From Pseudomonadota bacterium (GTDB taxonomy: Bacteria > Bdellovibrionota_B > Oligoflexia > Oligoflexales > RGVZ01): 64,000 nt of DNA. Positions 50,142 to 60,007 of this stretch are shown here, one piece after another. The stretch spans positions 1 through 64,000 of the forward strand of contig JBEGVZ010000056.1 in NCBI GenBank assembly GCA_041178085.1, given 5' to 3'. The notes beneath the pieces were generated by a model. The model ran no database searches and was not told the origin of the DNA. It saw only the letters and a list, made by a program, of their open reading frames with translations. The translations under genes were made by a program, and so were the position numbers. The stretch's first letter is position 1. Each line of letters begins with the position of its first letter.

Positions 50142-50977
50142 TGAACCTTGTTCAGGCAGACATCTTGAAGGATCTGTTTGCCGCCACGAGGCTGGTGTCG
50201 GTGGTTCAGGCATTGCTCATCTTCATCGCTGGCATGGTCCTGGTACGTCTGGCTACGTCATGGCTGCGTCGTGTGCTGGAAAGGGCTGCTGACCAACAGG
50301 CAGCCAATACAGGTTCGAAGGTTGCTTACTATATTTTGTCTGCGATCGTTATTCTGAGCGCTTTGCGCCAGATGGGTTTTGACCTTCAGGTTTTGCTGGG
50401 CGCTGCCGGTGTGCTCACGGTAGCGGTCGGTTTTGCCTCGCAGACTTCGGTCGCCAACCTGATCAGCGGTTTGTTTATCATTTTTGAAAAACCTTTCACG
50501 GCCGGGGACTGGATCCGGATCGGTTCAGGTCCGTCTGGACAAGTTCTTGGGATTGGCTTCCTTTCCACCAGGATCAGGACTGCGGACAACCTGATGGTCA
50601 GATATCCCAACGAGACTTTGATGAAGGTCGAGGTGACCAACCTGACGCGCCATCCGATAAGACGTTTTGATTTGCGGATTGGTGTGTCCTACAGCCAGGA
50701 TTTGCGGCGTTTCCGGGAGATGTTGCTGGGCCTTGCCACGGCCCATCCGATGGTCATGGACGAGCCTTCGCCCGGTGTGATCGTCGAGAGTTTTGACGAT
50801 GCAGCCCTTCATGTCCGCTTTTCCGTATGGGTGCGGACCGGGAATTTTATCGATGTCAAGGAATCGCTGCTGTTGCAGGTCAAGGAGGCCCTTGACCGTC
50901 ACGGGATTGCCGCGCCTGTTTCCTCGGCACCAACCGTCATCTTGCAGACGACAACGCCTGCAACGCAACCTGGCTGA
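50141..50977 (+). CDS. mscS: Small-conductance mechanosensitive channel
   Basis: [36 protein letters not shown]. Confidence 0.9.
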   Translation: MNLVQADILKDLFAATRLVSVVQALLIFIAGMVLVRLATSWLRRVLERAADQQAANTGSKVAYYILSAIVILSALRQMGFDLQVLLGAAGVLTVAVGFASQTSVANLISGLFIIFEKPFTAGDWIRIGSGPSGQVLGIGFLSTRIRTADNLMVRYPNETLMKVEVTNLTRHPIRRFDLRIGVSYSQDLRRFREMLLGLATAHPMVMDEPSPGVIVESFDDAALHVRFSVWVRTGNFIDVKESLLLQVKEALDRHGIAAPVSSAPTVILQTTTPATQPG

Positions 50978-51851
50978 TGATCGCCCCGGCGACGTCGACG
51001 CCGGTCGTTTTTTCAATTCCCTCAAGTCCTGGCGAGGCGTTGACCTCGATCACCAGGGGGCCTCGGGTTGAACGCAGCATGTCTACGCCGGCGATTTCAA
51101 GGCCAAGAGCAGCGGCGGCCTTTACGGCGGTCTCGGTTTCGGCTGCTGACAGGGTCGCGGGTTCGGCAGAGGCCCCGCGGTGGATGTTGGCGCGGAATTC
51201 ATCACCGCTGGCCTTGCGCAACATGGCAGCAACGACTTTACCGCCAACCACAAAGCACCTCAGGTCCTGGCCGGCGCTTTCCTTGATAAACTCCTGGACC
51301 AGGAAGTTTGCTCCCAGACCGCGGAAGGCTTCGATCACGGACTTCGCCGCGCCTTCAGTTTCAGCCAAGACAACACCAATGCCCTGCGTACCTTCCACCA
51401 GCTTGATGACCAAGGGGGCTGTGCCCACAAGGCCAGTCAACGCGTTGTGATCCTGGCTGGCATGTGCGTAACCTGTCAGGGGCATGCCGATTCCCGTACT
51501 GGACAGGATTTGCAAGGACCGGAGCTTGTCCCGCGCGGACAGGATGGCGTCGGACCGGTTTGCTGTGTAGATCCCCATGGTTTCACAATGGCGGACGACA
51601 GCAGCGCCAAAAGCTGTGTAAGTCGCCCCGACGCGGGCAATGACAGCATCGATATCCTCCAGGGTGTCCCCCTGGTAAACGATCTGCGGCTTGCCAGAAC
51701 GGACAGCCAGCGTACACCGCAGATAGTCAATGAGGCGGACTTCATGCCCTGCCTTGGCGGCGGCTTCTTTCAACCGGCGCGTGGAGTAAAGGGTAGGGTC
51801 CTGGGACAGGATGGCGATGCGGCAAGGGCGCGCCTTCTGGTTTGCTTTCAT
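50937..51851 (-). CDS. rimK: RimK alpha-L-glutamate ligase
   Basis: [51 protein letters not shown]. Confidence 0.95.
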   Translation of the reverse strand: MKANQKARPCRIAILSQDPTLYSTRRLKEAAAKAGHEVRLIDYLRCTLAVRSGKPQIVYQGDTLEDIDAVIARVGATYTAFGAAVVRHCETMGIYTANRSDAILSARDKLRSLQILSSTGIGMPLTGYAHASQDHNALTGLVGTAPLVIKLVEGTQGIGVVLAETEGAAKSVIEAFRGLGANFLVQEFIKESAGQDLRCFVVGGKVVAAMLRKASGDEFRANIHRGASAEPATLSAAETETAVKAAAALGLEIAGVDMLRSTRGPLVIEVNASPGLEGIEKTTGVDVAGAIISQVALQALSSAR

Positions 51852-52210
51852 TCCTGACTCCTCGTCGGCATGATCGGCCTGCATTTCGGGCAAAGGGCGT
51901 GGAAGGATTGGGCGGCCCCTTTGACGGTTCCCTGGACGGCGCGCGCGGCCTGCCGCTTTTCAAGGCCAAGCCTTGCCGCCAGCCATGACCATGCCTTGAG
52001 GGCGGGGTGCAGGTCGAGCAGCGCTTCCCAGGCCTCTGGCCCGGACAGCGTGGTCCCCATCGGCGTGGTCAGAAGGATATCTTCACTGGGAACCTCAAGG
52101 GGCACAATGGCGATGGTGCTACCCTCCAGCAGGGCTGCCAGGGTCCTGCACAGGAAGCAATGTTGATCGTGGTGCAAGGTCCATCGTGGGGTTGGCTCAG
52201 ATCCGGTCAT
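51848..52210 (-). CDS. DCC1-like thiol-disulfide oxidoreductase
   Basis: HDQHCFLC (DxxCxxC), terminal CPKC; ATGA coupling to rimK. Confidence 0.6.
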   Translation of the reverse strand: MTGSEPTPRWTLHHDQHCFLCRTLAALLEGSTIAIVPLEVPSEDILLTTPMGTTLSGPEAWEALLDLHPALKAWSWLAARLGLEKRQAARAVQGTVKGAAQSFHALCPKCRPIMPTRSQE

Positions 52211-52230
52211 GTGTTACCTGTAAGAAGTCT

Positions 52231-52317
52231 GCTCGCGTGGTGAAACTGGTAGACACACGGGACTTAAAATCCCGGGGCCGCAAGGCCGTGCCGGTTCAAT
52301 TCCGGCCGCGAGCACCA
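52231..52317 (+). tRNA. tRNA-Leu (anticodon TAA)
   Basis: Acceptor stem GCTCGCG/CGCGAGC + ACCA, D-loop TGGTAGACAC, anticodon stem CGGGA-CTTAAAA-TCCCG, long variable arm, GTTCAATTCC. Confidence 0.97.
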
Positions 52318-53129
52318 TGGCGTACCGCCCGGGACTGAAGATGCCTGCCGACCGCCGCCACCAATCCTGCAAACGCCAACGGTAGCAACATCAGGAAGGC
52401 AATTTGCCATCCCCTTCCGGCCGGGTTGCCTTGCGCCGGCTGCGACTGGGTCATGACGCCGCAGGCAATCAGCTCTTCCGGCGTTTCATCGCTCACTGCC
52501 GGATCCGGATACAACCAGACCGCGCCGGCTTTGTCGTCTGCCCCCAGCTTGTAGGAGTTGCCGGAACGGGAGTAGCCCATGATCGACTTGTAGTTGGTGT
52601 GGTTGTGACCCAGGCCAACGCAATGTCCGAGTTCATGGACCAGGGTTGCCAGCAGGTAGTTGACATCCGTAGAGCCTTTCTTCAAATGGATGTCGCAGTC
52701 CTCGATCGTGTTTGAGGTCTGGTTGTCCACTTCCCAGTTGGGTGTCGCAAAGGCTCCAGCTGTGAGGGAAACATCCTCGTCTACAGATATTGAATGGATG
52801 CGGTCCTCGGGGTTTGATGAAACGAGAGGGTCCTTGACAAGTACCAAACGCAGGAATGATCCGTGGACGTTGTTCCATTGGTCCATCGCCAGCTGGATGA
52901 GTTTCTCCAGGTAGTCCGCATCGTCAAGGTCGGTGAACTCACCGTCGAAGAGCTCTTTTTTTTCCTTCAGGCCGGGAGTGCTCCCGTTCCAATGGAACTC
53001 CACTTGCGGGGTTTCCGGACTAGCCCCGAGGCGACGCGGGGTCTTTCCAAGAAGGACAAACGCGTTGGCATTGGTCGCCATCAACAGGGATCCCGCCACC
53101 ATTGTGCCCAAGGCAAACTTAGAATACAT
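52296..53129 (-). CDS. Matrixin/metzincin zinc metalloprotease with C-terminal TM anchor
   Basis: HELGHCVGLGH, Met-turn SIMGY; signal peptide ANA|F. Confidence 0.88.
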   Translation of the reverse strand: MYSKFALGTMVAGSLLMATNANAFVLLGKTPRRLGASPETPQVEFHWNGSTPGLKEKKELFDGEFTDLDDADYLEKLIQLAMDQWNNVHGSFLRLVLVKDPLVSSNPEDRIHSISVDEDVSLTAGAFATPNWEVDNQTSNTIEDCDIHLKKGSTDVNYLLATLVHELGHCVGLGHNHTNYKSIMGYSRSGNSYKLGADDKAGAVWLYPDPAVSDETPEELIACGVMTQSQPAQGNPAGRGWQIAFLMLLPLAFAGLVAAVGRHLQSRAVRHGARGRN

Positions 53130-53580
53130 ACGCAGCCCCCACGCGAAGCGCATACGAGGAAATCAGGCCAGCGCCCGATAATCCCAGCGCCTGTTTGAAG
53201 TCGGCATTGAACTTGATGGTGTCGCCCTGTTCAAAGCCTACGGCAGCATATCCGCCCAGTGCCGTGCCGTTCCCCGTGATCACGAGGCCACCGCCGCCGC
53301 TGGCGTAAAACTGGGATTTTTCGTAACGCTTGCCAACGAACAGCCCGGGTACAACCGAAAGGTTGATCTCGGTCTTTCCATCAGTCACGTAACTTAGTTC
53401 GATGTCCGCTGCGCCGGGCGGGATTCCGAGCGGGTTCGGGCCCCCATTCCCCGTCGCCGCCGGGCCAAACCGTGCAATCAATTCGCTGGCAGCGGCGACG
53501 CCTGGGCCGGCAAGACAGCTGGACGCAACCAACGCCACCAGCGCGAACGTCTTCATGAAAAGAGGAGGTCGGTTTGTCAC
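53119..53580 (-). CDS. Small outer-membrane beta-barrel-like protein
   Basis: Signal peptide, Gly/aromatic strands, terminal YVF. Confidence 0.55.
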   Translation of the reverse strand: MTNRPPLFMKTFALVALVASSCLAGPGVAAASELIARFGPAATGNGGPNPLGIPPGAADIELSYVTDGKTEINLSVVPGLFVGKRYEKSQFYASGGGGLVITGNGTALGGYAAVGFEQGDTIKFNADFKQALGLSGAGLISSYALRVGAAYVF

Positions 53581-54098
53581 AGGCTTACCCTCACATTGAT
53601 GCCAATGAGTTGTTTACGGCCCGTGACCAGCAGCAGGATCTGCGACCCGGCGGGGTAGATGTGGCTTTCCCAGGTGGCGCCCAGAGAGAAGTTCTTCCAC
53701 TTATAGATTTCGCCGCGAAGTCCAAACAAGGCGCCAAGGTTGGTGCTGGAATCTTTCGTGTCGTCTGCGTCAGGTCCGCCATCGACACTGGTCCGTTCCA
53801 TCAACACAGAGATGCCGGCCAGGAGGCTGATCGACTTGGTGCCGAAGGGTTCGAATGGCTGCGCTCCGGACAATATGTAGGCGCGTTCCTGCACAGGACC
53901 GTAGGTGCGACCATAAACCCAGGCGGTTCCAATGATCCCGCTTGGTGCGGTGAAGCCAGCCCCTGCGGTCGGCTGGAAGCGGTCATCGCCACCTTCCACT
54001 GCGCCGGCAGCAAGATGGAAGTCCATTGCCCCCGCCAGATCTGGACGTAACAGCAGGCAAGAGGTTACGCTAATCCATAGCATCCACAATCGGGTCAC
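53577..54098 (-). CDS. Small outer-membrane beta-barrel-like protein
   Basis: Signal peptide, amphipathic strands; GTGA coupling. Confidence 0.55.
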   Translation of the reverse strand: MTRLWMLWISVTSCLLLRPDLAGAMDFHLAAGAVEGGDDRFQPTAGAGFTAPSGIIGTAWVYGRTYGPVQERAYILSGAQPFEPFGTKSISLLAGISVLMERTSVDGGPDADDTKDSSTNLGALFGLRGEIYKWKNFSLGATWESHIYPAGSQILLLVTGRKQLIGINVRVSL

Positions 54099-54225
54099 GG
54101 AAGATCACCTGTGCGTGGAAGGTTTAGTCATCGCTTGTCATTCAAGCTGGGTTTGATTCTATCACAAGCGTCGCCTCGTCAATCCAGTAGAGTTCCGGAA
54201 ACGATGGCGGGTGGAGGTCCTCAAT

Positions 54226-55059
54226 ATGAAATTCGCGGCTCCCGTTCTGGTGACATGCTTCTTCTGTGCTGGTGAGATTTTTTCTCCCGGCGTGGCTTTT
54301 GCCCAGACGACGCGTCCTTACGAAGGGGTGAACGATCCGGTGCCGTCTGCATCACAACCTCCAGAAGCCGCGGGCGCAACCGGGGAACAAGAAGCTCCAG
54401 ACGGGCCAATCGAGATGCCTCCGCCCCTTCCTGGCGAAGAGGGGAGCGGTGATTCCAGCGGTACCGATGGTGCCAGCGTAGTTGGAGAAGGTGATTGGAG
54501 TGGAGAATATCCGGATGCTCCTGCGGCCATGCTGCACTTTGGTGAGGCGGTGCCCTGGGCAGCGATGGGAGTCATTGTGCACACGGGTTCAAAGGCCGGT
54601 CAGCCGTGGTTCTTTGCCCTGGGTGGAGGACGCTTCAAGGCCAAGGACTATTTGCACGCATCCGAGCAACTGGACATAGAGGTGACGACAAGGTCCGGTT
54701 CTGCCGGGATGCAGTGGAACGTCCTTGCGCCGTTTTTTGCGTTGCGCGCGAGCCTGGGTCTGACGGTTTTCTCAGGCAGTTTCACCCAGCGTGGAACCGA
54801 TATTTCCGGGAAGCCATCCGCTGCAGAGTTTCTGGGCAGCGGATTCGACGGGCAAACCTTGCATTCGGCCTTTGCCACGGTACTGACCGGGAAATGGGGG
54901 CGCGTCCGCTACGAGCTCGTCCCGGTCGGCTTCCGGTTCACTTTGGCCCGCAAGCTTGATCAGGACCTGCCCACGGCGCACAAGGTCGGCCTTCTGCGTT
55001 ACATGGGTGGAAACACAGTTTTCGGTGTCGTCAACTTTGCGGCAGGCGTCGAGTTCTGA
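54226..55059 (+). CDS. Exported beta-barrel-like protein with acidic Pro-rich N-terminus
   Basis: Signal AFA|Q, terminal GVEF; GGAGG RBS. Confidence 0.55.
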   Translation: MKFAAPVLVTCFFCAGEIFSPGVAFAQTTRPYEGVNDPVPSASQPPEAAGATGEQEAPDGPIEMPPPLPGEEGSGDSSGTDGASVVGEGDWSGEYPDAPAAMLHFGEAVPWAAMGVIVHTGSKAGQPWFFALGGGRFKAKDYLHASEQLDIEVTTRSGSAGMQWNVLAPFFALRASLGLTVFSGSFTQRGTDISGKPSAAEFLGSGFDGQTLHSAFATVLTGKWGRVRYELVPVGFRFTLARKLDQDLPTAHKVGLLRYMGGNTVFGVVNFAAGVEF

Positions 55060-56206
55060 TCGCCGCCTGTTGTACGTCCCGAACTATATCTTCGACATTT
55101 TCAAGTCCGACTGAAAAGCGCACAACCTGGGTCGAAATACCCAGGCGGTGTTTCTCTTCGTCGGGTTGCATGCGGTTGGTTGAGTACCATGGCAGGGTCG
55201 CCGTGGTTTCCGTGCCAGCCAGGCTTGGCACATTCTTGATGTAGCTGCACGATGCCAACATCTCAATCGTGTCCACGCTGGGTTTGAACTCCACGGTCAC
55301 CATGCCACCGAATCCTTGTTTAAACTGGTGCGCAAGCTTCTCTTCTCCGTAGTGGACCTTTTCCGCCAGCTCGAAGCTGCGCATGGCGGCGGCGAAGCGA
55401 CGCCCGTTTTCCGAGTGGGTGCGCATGCGGACTTCCAGTGTGCGCATGCCTCGCAGCAGCTGGCTGCATGCCTGCGTGGGCAAGAACCCACCAATAAGCC
55501 GTGCCTGGTTCCTGACGATTTCCATGACTGGCGCCGAGGAAACAAGTGCCCCGCAGATCACATCGGAGTGTCCGTTGAGGTACTTGGTGGCACTCTCCAG
55601 CACAATATCTGCGCCCAAGGTCAGTGGTTTGCACAGCAAGGGACTGGCAAACGTGTTGTCGCACATGGCCAGCAGGGGACGGTTGCGCTGACCTGAAGCA
55701 GGTTTCAGGGCGGCTTTGGCTTTCCTGGTGCGGTCGCAAATGGCCATCACATCCTGTGGCCGGCAAAAGGGGTTGGTGATGCTCTCGAAGTGGACCATCC
55801 GGGTGTTGGCTTTGATCCGTTCGGGCCATTTTTCGACGGGTGTGAATTCGATTTCCACGCCCCATCTTGCCAGGACAGACGTCAGGAAGCCGTGGATGCC
55901 ACCGTAGCAGTTTTCCTGGACCAGGACGTGGTCACCCGGCTCAAGGAGCGAGAAGAAAGCTGCATTTGCCGCTGCCATGCCACTGGCAAACACGATGGCT
56001 TCGTCCCCGGAATGAAGTTCGGACAGCAGTTCTTCGACTTCCATGTGGTTGGCCGTGTTGCCCAGGCGCGCATAAACCGGAAAGTCGGTCGGGTGAGGTG
56101 AAGTAAAAGTGACGGACTGCTCCAGAGCGCCGACAAGTCCCGAGCCGACCCGGAATCGTGCGCCGGCATGCTGAAGTTGTGTGGAATCGGAATGGCTCTT
56201 CTTCAT
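55031..56206 (-). CDS. Cys/Met metabolism PLP-dependent enzyme (cystathionine gamma-synthase/lyase family)
   Basis: YARLGN, FASGMAA, DNTFASP, ESATKYLNGHSD, SLAG, SVGLE. Confidence 0.92.
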   Translation of the reverse strand: MKKSHSDSTQLQHAGARFRVGSGLVGALEQSVTFTSPHPTDFPVYARLGNTANHMEVEELLSELHSGDEAIVFASGMAAANAAFFSLLEPGDHVLVQENCYGGIHGFLTSVLARWGVEIEFTPVEKWPERIKANTRMVHFESITNPFCRPQDVMAICDRTRKAKAALKPASGQRNRPLLAMCDNTFASPLLCKPLTLGADIVLESATKYLNGHSDVICGALVSSAPVMEIVRNQARLIGGFLPTQACSQLLRGMRTLEVRMRTHSENGRRFAAAMRSFELAEKVHYGEEKLAHQFKQGFGGMVTVEFKPSVDTIEMLASCSYIKNVPSLAGTETTATLPWYSTNRMQPDEEKHRLGISTQVVRFSVGLENVEDIVRDVQQAAIRTRRLPQS

Positions 56207-56482
56207 GGCAATACCCTCGAGTGCCGGTTAATTCCTGCCCAAGACTTTACGGGAACATAAAAGAAAATTCACCCCTCAGGATTTAATCCATCCGACACAT
56301 TCAGCGCGCAGGGGGATGGGGGCTGGCGGCTGGTCGTCGTACTTTTCTCCGGAACTGTGGGTGTCGCAGGCTTTTTTTTTGTAGCCCACTTGTAACCTGT
56401 TTTGGGATCTCATAAACTTCATTGAAATAGTTTGTAAAATTCGCCTGCTGAATTTCTTTCATCATCCACAGGGAGGTGCACG

Positions 56483-58141
56483 ATGCAAGGATCGCGACGG
56501 GTTATGGCGCCAGGGAAGTTCAGGTTTTTGCCACGTACACTTCTGCAGGGGATCGTCTTGTCGCTGGTCGCGGCAGCAGGAGGTCCGGCCATGGCCACCC
56601 AGCCGGGCACACTCACTTTGCAACAGGTCAAGAAAGCCCTCGAGTCCCGCCCAGAGGCGAAGTGGTCTGCGGCCGACACCGGCGCAGCGGCCCAGGCCGG
56701 CATGCCGGTTTACAATGAGTCAGGAGTCCGCACAGGGACAAACTTCGGTCTGCGCAACTGGCAGGGTCCACGGCGCAAATCCGCTGCGGAAATCATGCGC
56801 ATCGATGACCCGGTGGCAGGGCTGCCGGCGAAGTGGGACTGGCGGAATGCGACCGTGAACGGCATCACGGGTGATTTCATGTCGCCTGTTCGCAATCAGG
56901 GCCGGTGTGGAAGTTGCGTTGCTTTTGCCACGGCTGGTTCTTTTGAAGGCACAATGTCGGTTGCTTCTGGCGCCCCCCGCTTGGACGCGGATGTTTCCGA
57001 GCAGGATTTGTTCGGCAAGATCGGTGCCTGTGATTTCGGGTCATGGCCAAGCAGTGGCATGTCCGAAGTGGTGCAGAACGGCGTTCCGGATGAAGTTTGC
57101 TTTCCTTACTGGAGTGGCCGCAAGGGTGATGACGGCAACGAGAGCGATGCGTGCAAAGATCGCGCAGAGCGTTTGCTCCGGGCAAAGGATGACACCTACT
57201 TCAGCTCCCCGGCAGCGATCAAGCAGGCGCTGATGAACGGCCCGCTGCAGACCACCATGACGGTGTACGAAGACTTCATGTTCTACGCTGGCGGCGTTTA
57301 CAAGCACGTCACTGGACCTCAGATGGGTGGTCATGCCATCACGCTGGTGGGCTATGATGACGAAGCAAAGGCTTGGATTGCCAAGAACTCATGGGGAACC
57401 AGCTGGGGCGAAGCCGGCTACTTCCGCATCGCGTATGACGACGACAGCGGCTTTGCCGAAGATGCCTACGGATTCAACGTTGAAGGTGGACTGATGAGCA
57501 TGCGGGTGGATTCGCCTGCATACTTCTCTGCTGTGCGCGGCAAGGTGGCGATCGAAGTCTCGGTGTTTGACGAGTCCGTCGACTCCGTACGCTGGGAACT
57601 TGCATCCATGGCAAACCCGCAGTGGATGATGGGTAGCGCCAATCCAGTTTCGGGTACTCTCAAGGCGCCGCGGCGTGCCCGTGCAGGTGTCAGGACTTTC
57701 CGCGGGACGCTGGACACGGTTGGCCTCGAGGATGGCGTTTATGCCCTGTCTGTGTCCGCGTCTGATGGTGGCGCGGCCAAAGGCAACAAGGTTTACACCC
57801 GGGTGGTCGTAGCCAATGGTGCGATTGATCCGGGCACACCTGCCTTGGCAATTACACCAGACTTTGACAACGCAAAGCCGGTCTCTTCGCGTGTCTACTT
57901 CAAGTTTGACGGTACCGGCCTTGCGGGTGTTTCCAAGGCACCGTTCACACAGGCTGAACTTGTGCTCGACGGTCCGGCCAAGGCACGGATTCGTTTTGAA
58001 GATCCTGGCACAGACTCGCTGTTCGGATGGCGGACGCAGATGTACCCGAACGGCACGTACAAGGTTCATGTCGAGGGGGCAGTCGGGGACATCCACAAGT
58101 TTGTCTCGAATACCCTTGAGGTCACGGTAGAGAACAAGTAG
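56483..58141 (+). CDS. Papain-family (C1A) cysteine protease with C-terminal Ig-like domains
   Basis: [38 protein letters not shown]. Confidence 0.92.
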   Translation: MQGSRRVMAPGKFRFLPRTLLQGIVLSLVAAAGGPAMATQPGTLTLQQVKKALESRPEAKWSAADTGAAAQAGMPVYNESGVRTGTNFGLRNWQGPRRKSAAEIMRIDDPVAGLPAKWDWRNATVNGITGDFMSPVRNQGRCGSCVAFATAGSFEGTMSVASGAPRLDADVSEQDLFGKIGACDFGSWPSSGMSEVVQNGVPDEVCFPYWSGRKGDDGNESDACKDRAERLLRAKDDTYFSSPAAIKQALMNGPLQTTMTVYEDFMFYAGGVYKHVTGPQMGGHAITLVGYDDEAKAWIAKNSWGTSWGEAGYFRIAYDDDSGFAEDAYGFNVEGGLMSMRVDSPAYFSAVRGKVAIEVSVFDESVDSVRWELASMANPQWMMGSANPVSGTLKAPRRARAGVRTFRGTLDTVGLEDGVYALSVSASDGGAAKGNKVYTRVVVANGAIDPGTPALAITPDFDNAKPVSSRVYFKFDGTGLAGVSKAPFTQAELVLDGPAKARIRFEDPGTDSLFGWRTQMYPNGTYKVHVEGAVGDIHKFVSNTLEVTVENK

Positions 58142-58206
58142 TTTTCCGGCGAGGGCTGGAGTCGGCCCTCGCAGTGATGCGGAATGTTGCAAAGGGAGTT
58201 GAGTCC

Positions 58207-58680
58207 ATGAAGGGTGATGCCAAGGTCCTTGAAGCTCTGAACGAGATCCTCACCGGTGAGTTGACGGCAATCAACCAGTACTTTTTGCATGCCCGCATGT
58301 GCAAGAACTGGGGTTACGACCGCCTGGCCGACAAGGTCTGGAAGGAATCGATTGACGAGATGAAGCACGCCCAGATCCTCACGGACCGGATTTTGTTCCT
58401 CGAGGGGATCCCAAATTTGCAGCGCCTGGGCAAGTTGAACATTGGCGAGACGGTGGTGGAGCAGCTCAAGTCAGACCTTGGCCTTGAGATGGAAGCAATT
58501 CCCCGTCTAAAGGCCGCGATCAAGCTGTGTGAAACGGCTCACGACCACGGTACCCGTGATCTTCTTGAGAAGATCCTGGTCAGTGAAGAAGAACACACCG
58601 ACTGGCTGGAAACCCAGCTCAGCCTCGTCAAGGATTTGGGCAAGGAGCACTACCTGGCCCAGAACATGAAGAACGGCTGA
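58207..58680 (+). CDS. bfr: Bacterioferritin
   Basis: MKGD..V...[32 protein letters not shown]. Confidence 0.97.
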   Translation: MKGDAKVLEALNEILTGELTAINQYFLHARMCKNWGYDRLADKVWKESIDEMKHAQILTDRILFLEGIPNLQRLGKLNIGETVVEQLKSDLGLEMEAIPRLKAAIKLCETAHDHGTRDLLEKILVSEEEHTDWLETQLSLVKDLGKEHYLAQNMKNG

Positions 58681-58852
58681 CCAGATTGGTTCTTGAACTC
58701 GATTGAATGACGGTTTGAACGTGGCTCCGACAGGAGCCACAACTTTTTCCAGCCTTTGTGATTTCCATGGCTTCCCGCCAGTCACAACATCCCGATTGGG
58801 CCAGGTCCTTCAAGGACTGCTCATTGACTCCAGCGCACAGGCAAACAAACAT
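58628..58852 (-). CDS. bfd: Bacterioferritin-associated [2Fe-2S] ferredoxin
   Basis: MFVCLCAGV ... [15 protein letters not shown]. Confidence 0.85.
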   Translation of the reverse strand: MFVCLCAGVNEQSLKDLAQSGCCDWREAMEITKAGKSCGSCRSHVQTVIQSSSRTNLVSRSSCSGPGSAPCPNP

Positions 58853-58880
58853 CGCTCGCTTGGCTCCATTGGTTCGTGGG

Positions 58881-58899
58881 ATTGAGAATCATTCTCAAT
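58881..58899. promoter_or_regulatory. Fur-box-like 9-1-9 palindrome upstream of bfd
   Basis: ATTGAGAAT-C-ATTCTCAAT, perfect inverted repeat about 30 bp upstream of the bfd start. Confidence 0.8.
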
Positions 58900-58940
58900 A
58901 AGTAAATATTAGACAAACCCCGTTCGCCTGTAAAGGAAAA

Positions 58941-59576
58941 TCACTTTTCGACAGAGCCTGCCGGTTGCGTGAACCCGCTGACCATGGCGACGGCGGATTT
59001 GATTGCGTCAAGTGTGGCCGCGGGGGCCAAAGCCTGTTGGAAAATTGCAAAGTCATCGGGGCGTTGGGTCCTGATCCACTCAAGACTTTCTTTTGGCCCG
59101 CGATACCATTGTCCCCGAAGTAGAAAATAGTCCTCGAGTAACGCCGTCATCAGCCAATGGCGCCGGAAATGGGCTTCAGTGTCGCCTGCGGAAATTCTCT
59201 CAAGCATTTTCCAGCCCCAGAGTATCTTGGTTTGCCTTTGGTCAGGGGGCAGGGGGGTTGGTCCCCGGAGATAAAGAGCGTTTAACTTGTCCAGACATTG
59301 CCTGCCGAGGGATTCGCGTTCGACGAGGACCCTGCCACCGAGCATTTGCAGCATGGAATCGTCGGGATTCAGGAGTCTTGTGGAAGGATAAATCCAAATA
59401 TCAAGATACTTGCCGTTCAGCAGGCGAGAGTCACGGTAAGTCGTTTCCTCATCCACAAACCCGGCCAGATCGTAATCACTGTCTGCCCGAAAATCTCCGC
59501 GGGCACGCGAGCCGTAAAGGATCACCGTATGGCATCCCTTGCTGACGCAGAGTTCCTCTAAAATTTCACTCAGCAA
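58941..59576 (-). CDS. Pol-beta-type nucleotidyltransferase domain protein
   Basis: ILYGSRARGDFRADSDYD. Confidence 0.85.
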   Translation of the reverse strand: MLSEILEELCVSKGCHTVILYGSRARGDFRADSDYDLAGFVDEETTYRDSRLLNGKYLDIWIYPSTRLLNPDDSMLQMLGGRVLVERESLGRQCLDKLNALYLRGPTPLPPDQRQTKILWGWKMLERISAGDTEAHFRRHWLMTALLEDYFLLRGQWYRGPKESLEWIRTQRPDDFAIFQQALAPAATLDAIKSAVAMVSGFTQPAGSVEK

Positions 59577-59914
59577 TCGAGTGCTTCCCGGACGTCAGCC
59601 GCGCTGCAATATTTGATCGTTCCCTTGCTGCCTCCGCCGCCCAGAGCCTTGTTAACCATGTCGGCGATCGCCTCGTGGCTGAAACCTTCTCCAGCAAGTC
59701 CTGAGCAAATGCGCTCAAAAAGAACGTTGGCGAGTTCTTCCTGGCCGCCATCCAATTCGTCCAGTGATTTCACCAACCACTGATTTTCCTTGGATTCGGG
59801 ATCTTCATCCTGAGGTTCGTGAAGGTTGCCAAGTTTGATCTCGACCGCCCTGAGTTTGACCAGAAGTTCTGCCGCCCATTGCGGGCACGGATTGGATTGG
59901 GATTTCGCGCTCAT
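59570..59914 (-). CDS. Hypothetical protein
   Basis: AAGGAG RBS, in-operon ORF; no recognised motif. Confidence 0.55.
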   Translation of the reverse strand: MSAKSQSNPCPQWAAELLVKLRAVEIKLGNLHEPQDEDPESKENQWLVKSLDELDGGQEELANVLFERICSGLAGEGFSHEAIADMVNKALGGGGSKGTIKYCSAADVREALDC

Positions 59915-60007
59915 GGGCACAAGGCTCCTTGCTTGAATTTCGGGCAGGATCCTTCTGCACCGCAAAGCCGCCGTCGGTCAAGGTTCTAAGGGTATTCTGG
60001 CGGGAAC

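Noticed and set aside
52231..52317. tRNA as the attachment site of a prophage or island
   Set aside because: No integrase and no duplicated tRNA 3' end found within the window
56207..56480. Possible SAM riboswitch or T-box upstream of the Cys/Met lyase
   Set aside because: No recognisable SAM-I/II or T-box conserved sequence on the minus strand; an Infernal/Rfam scan would be needed to exclude it fully
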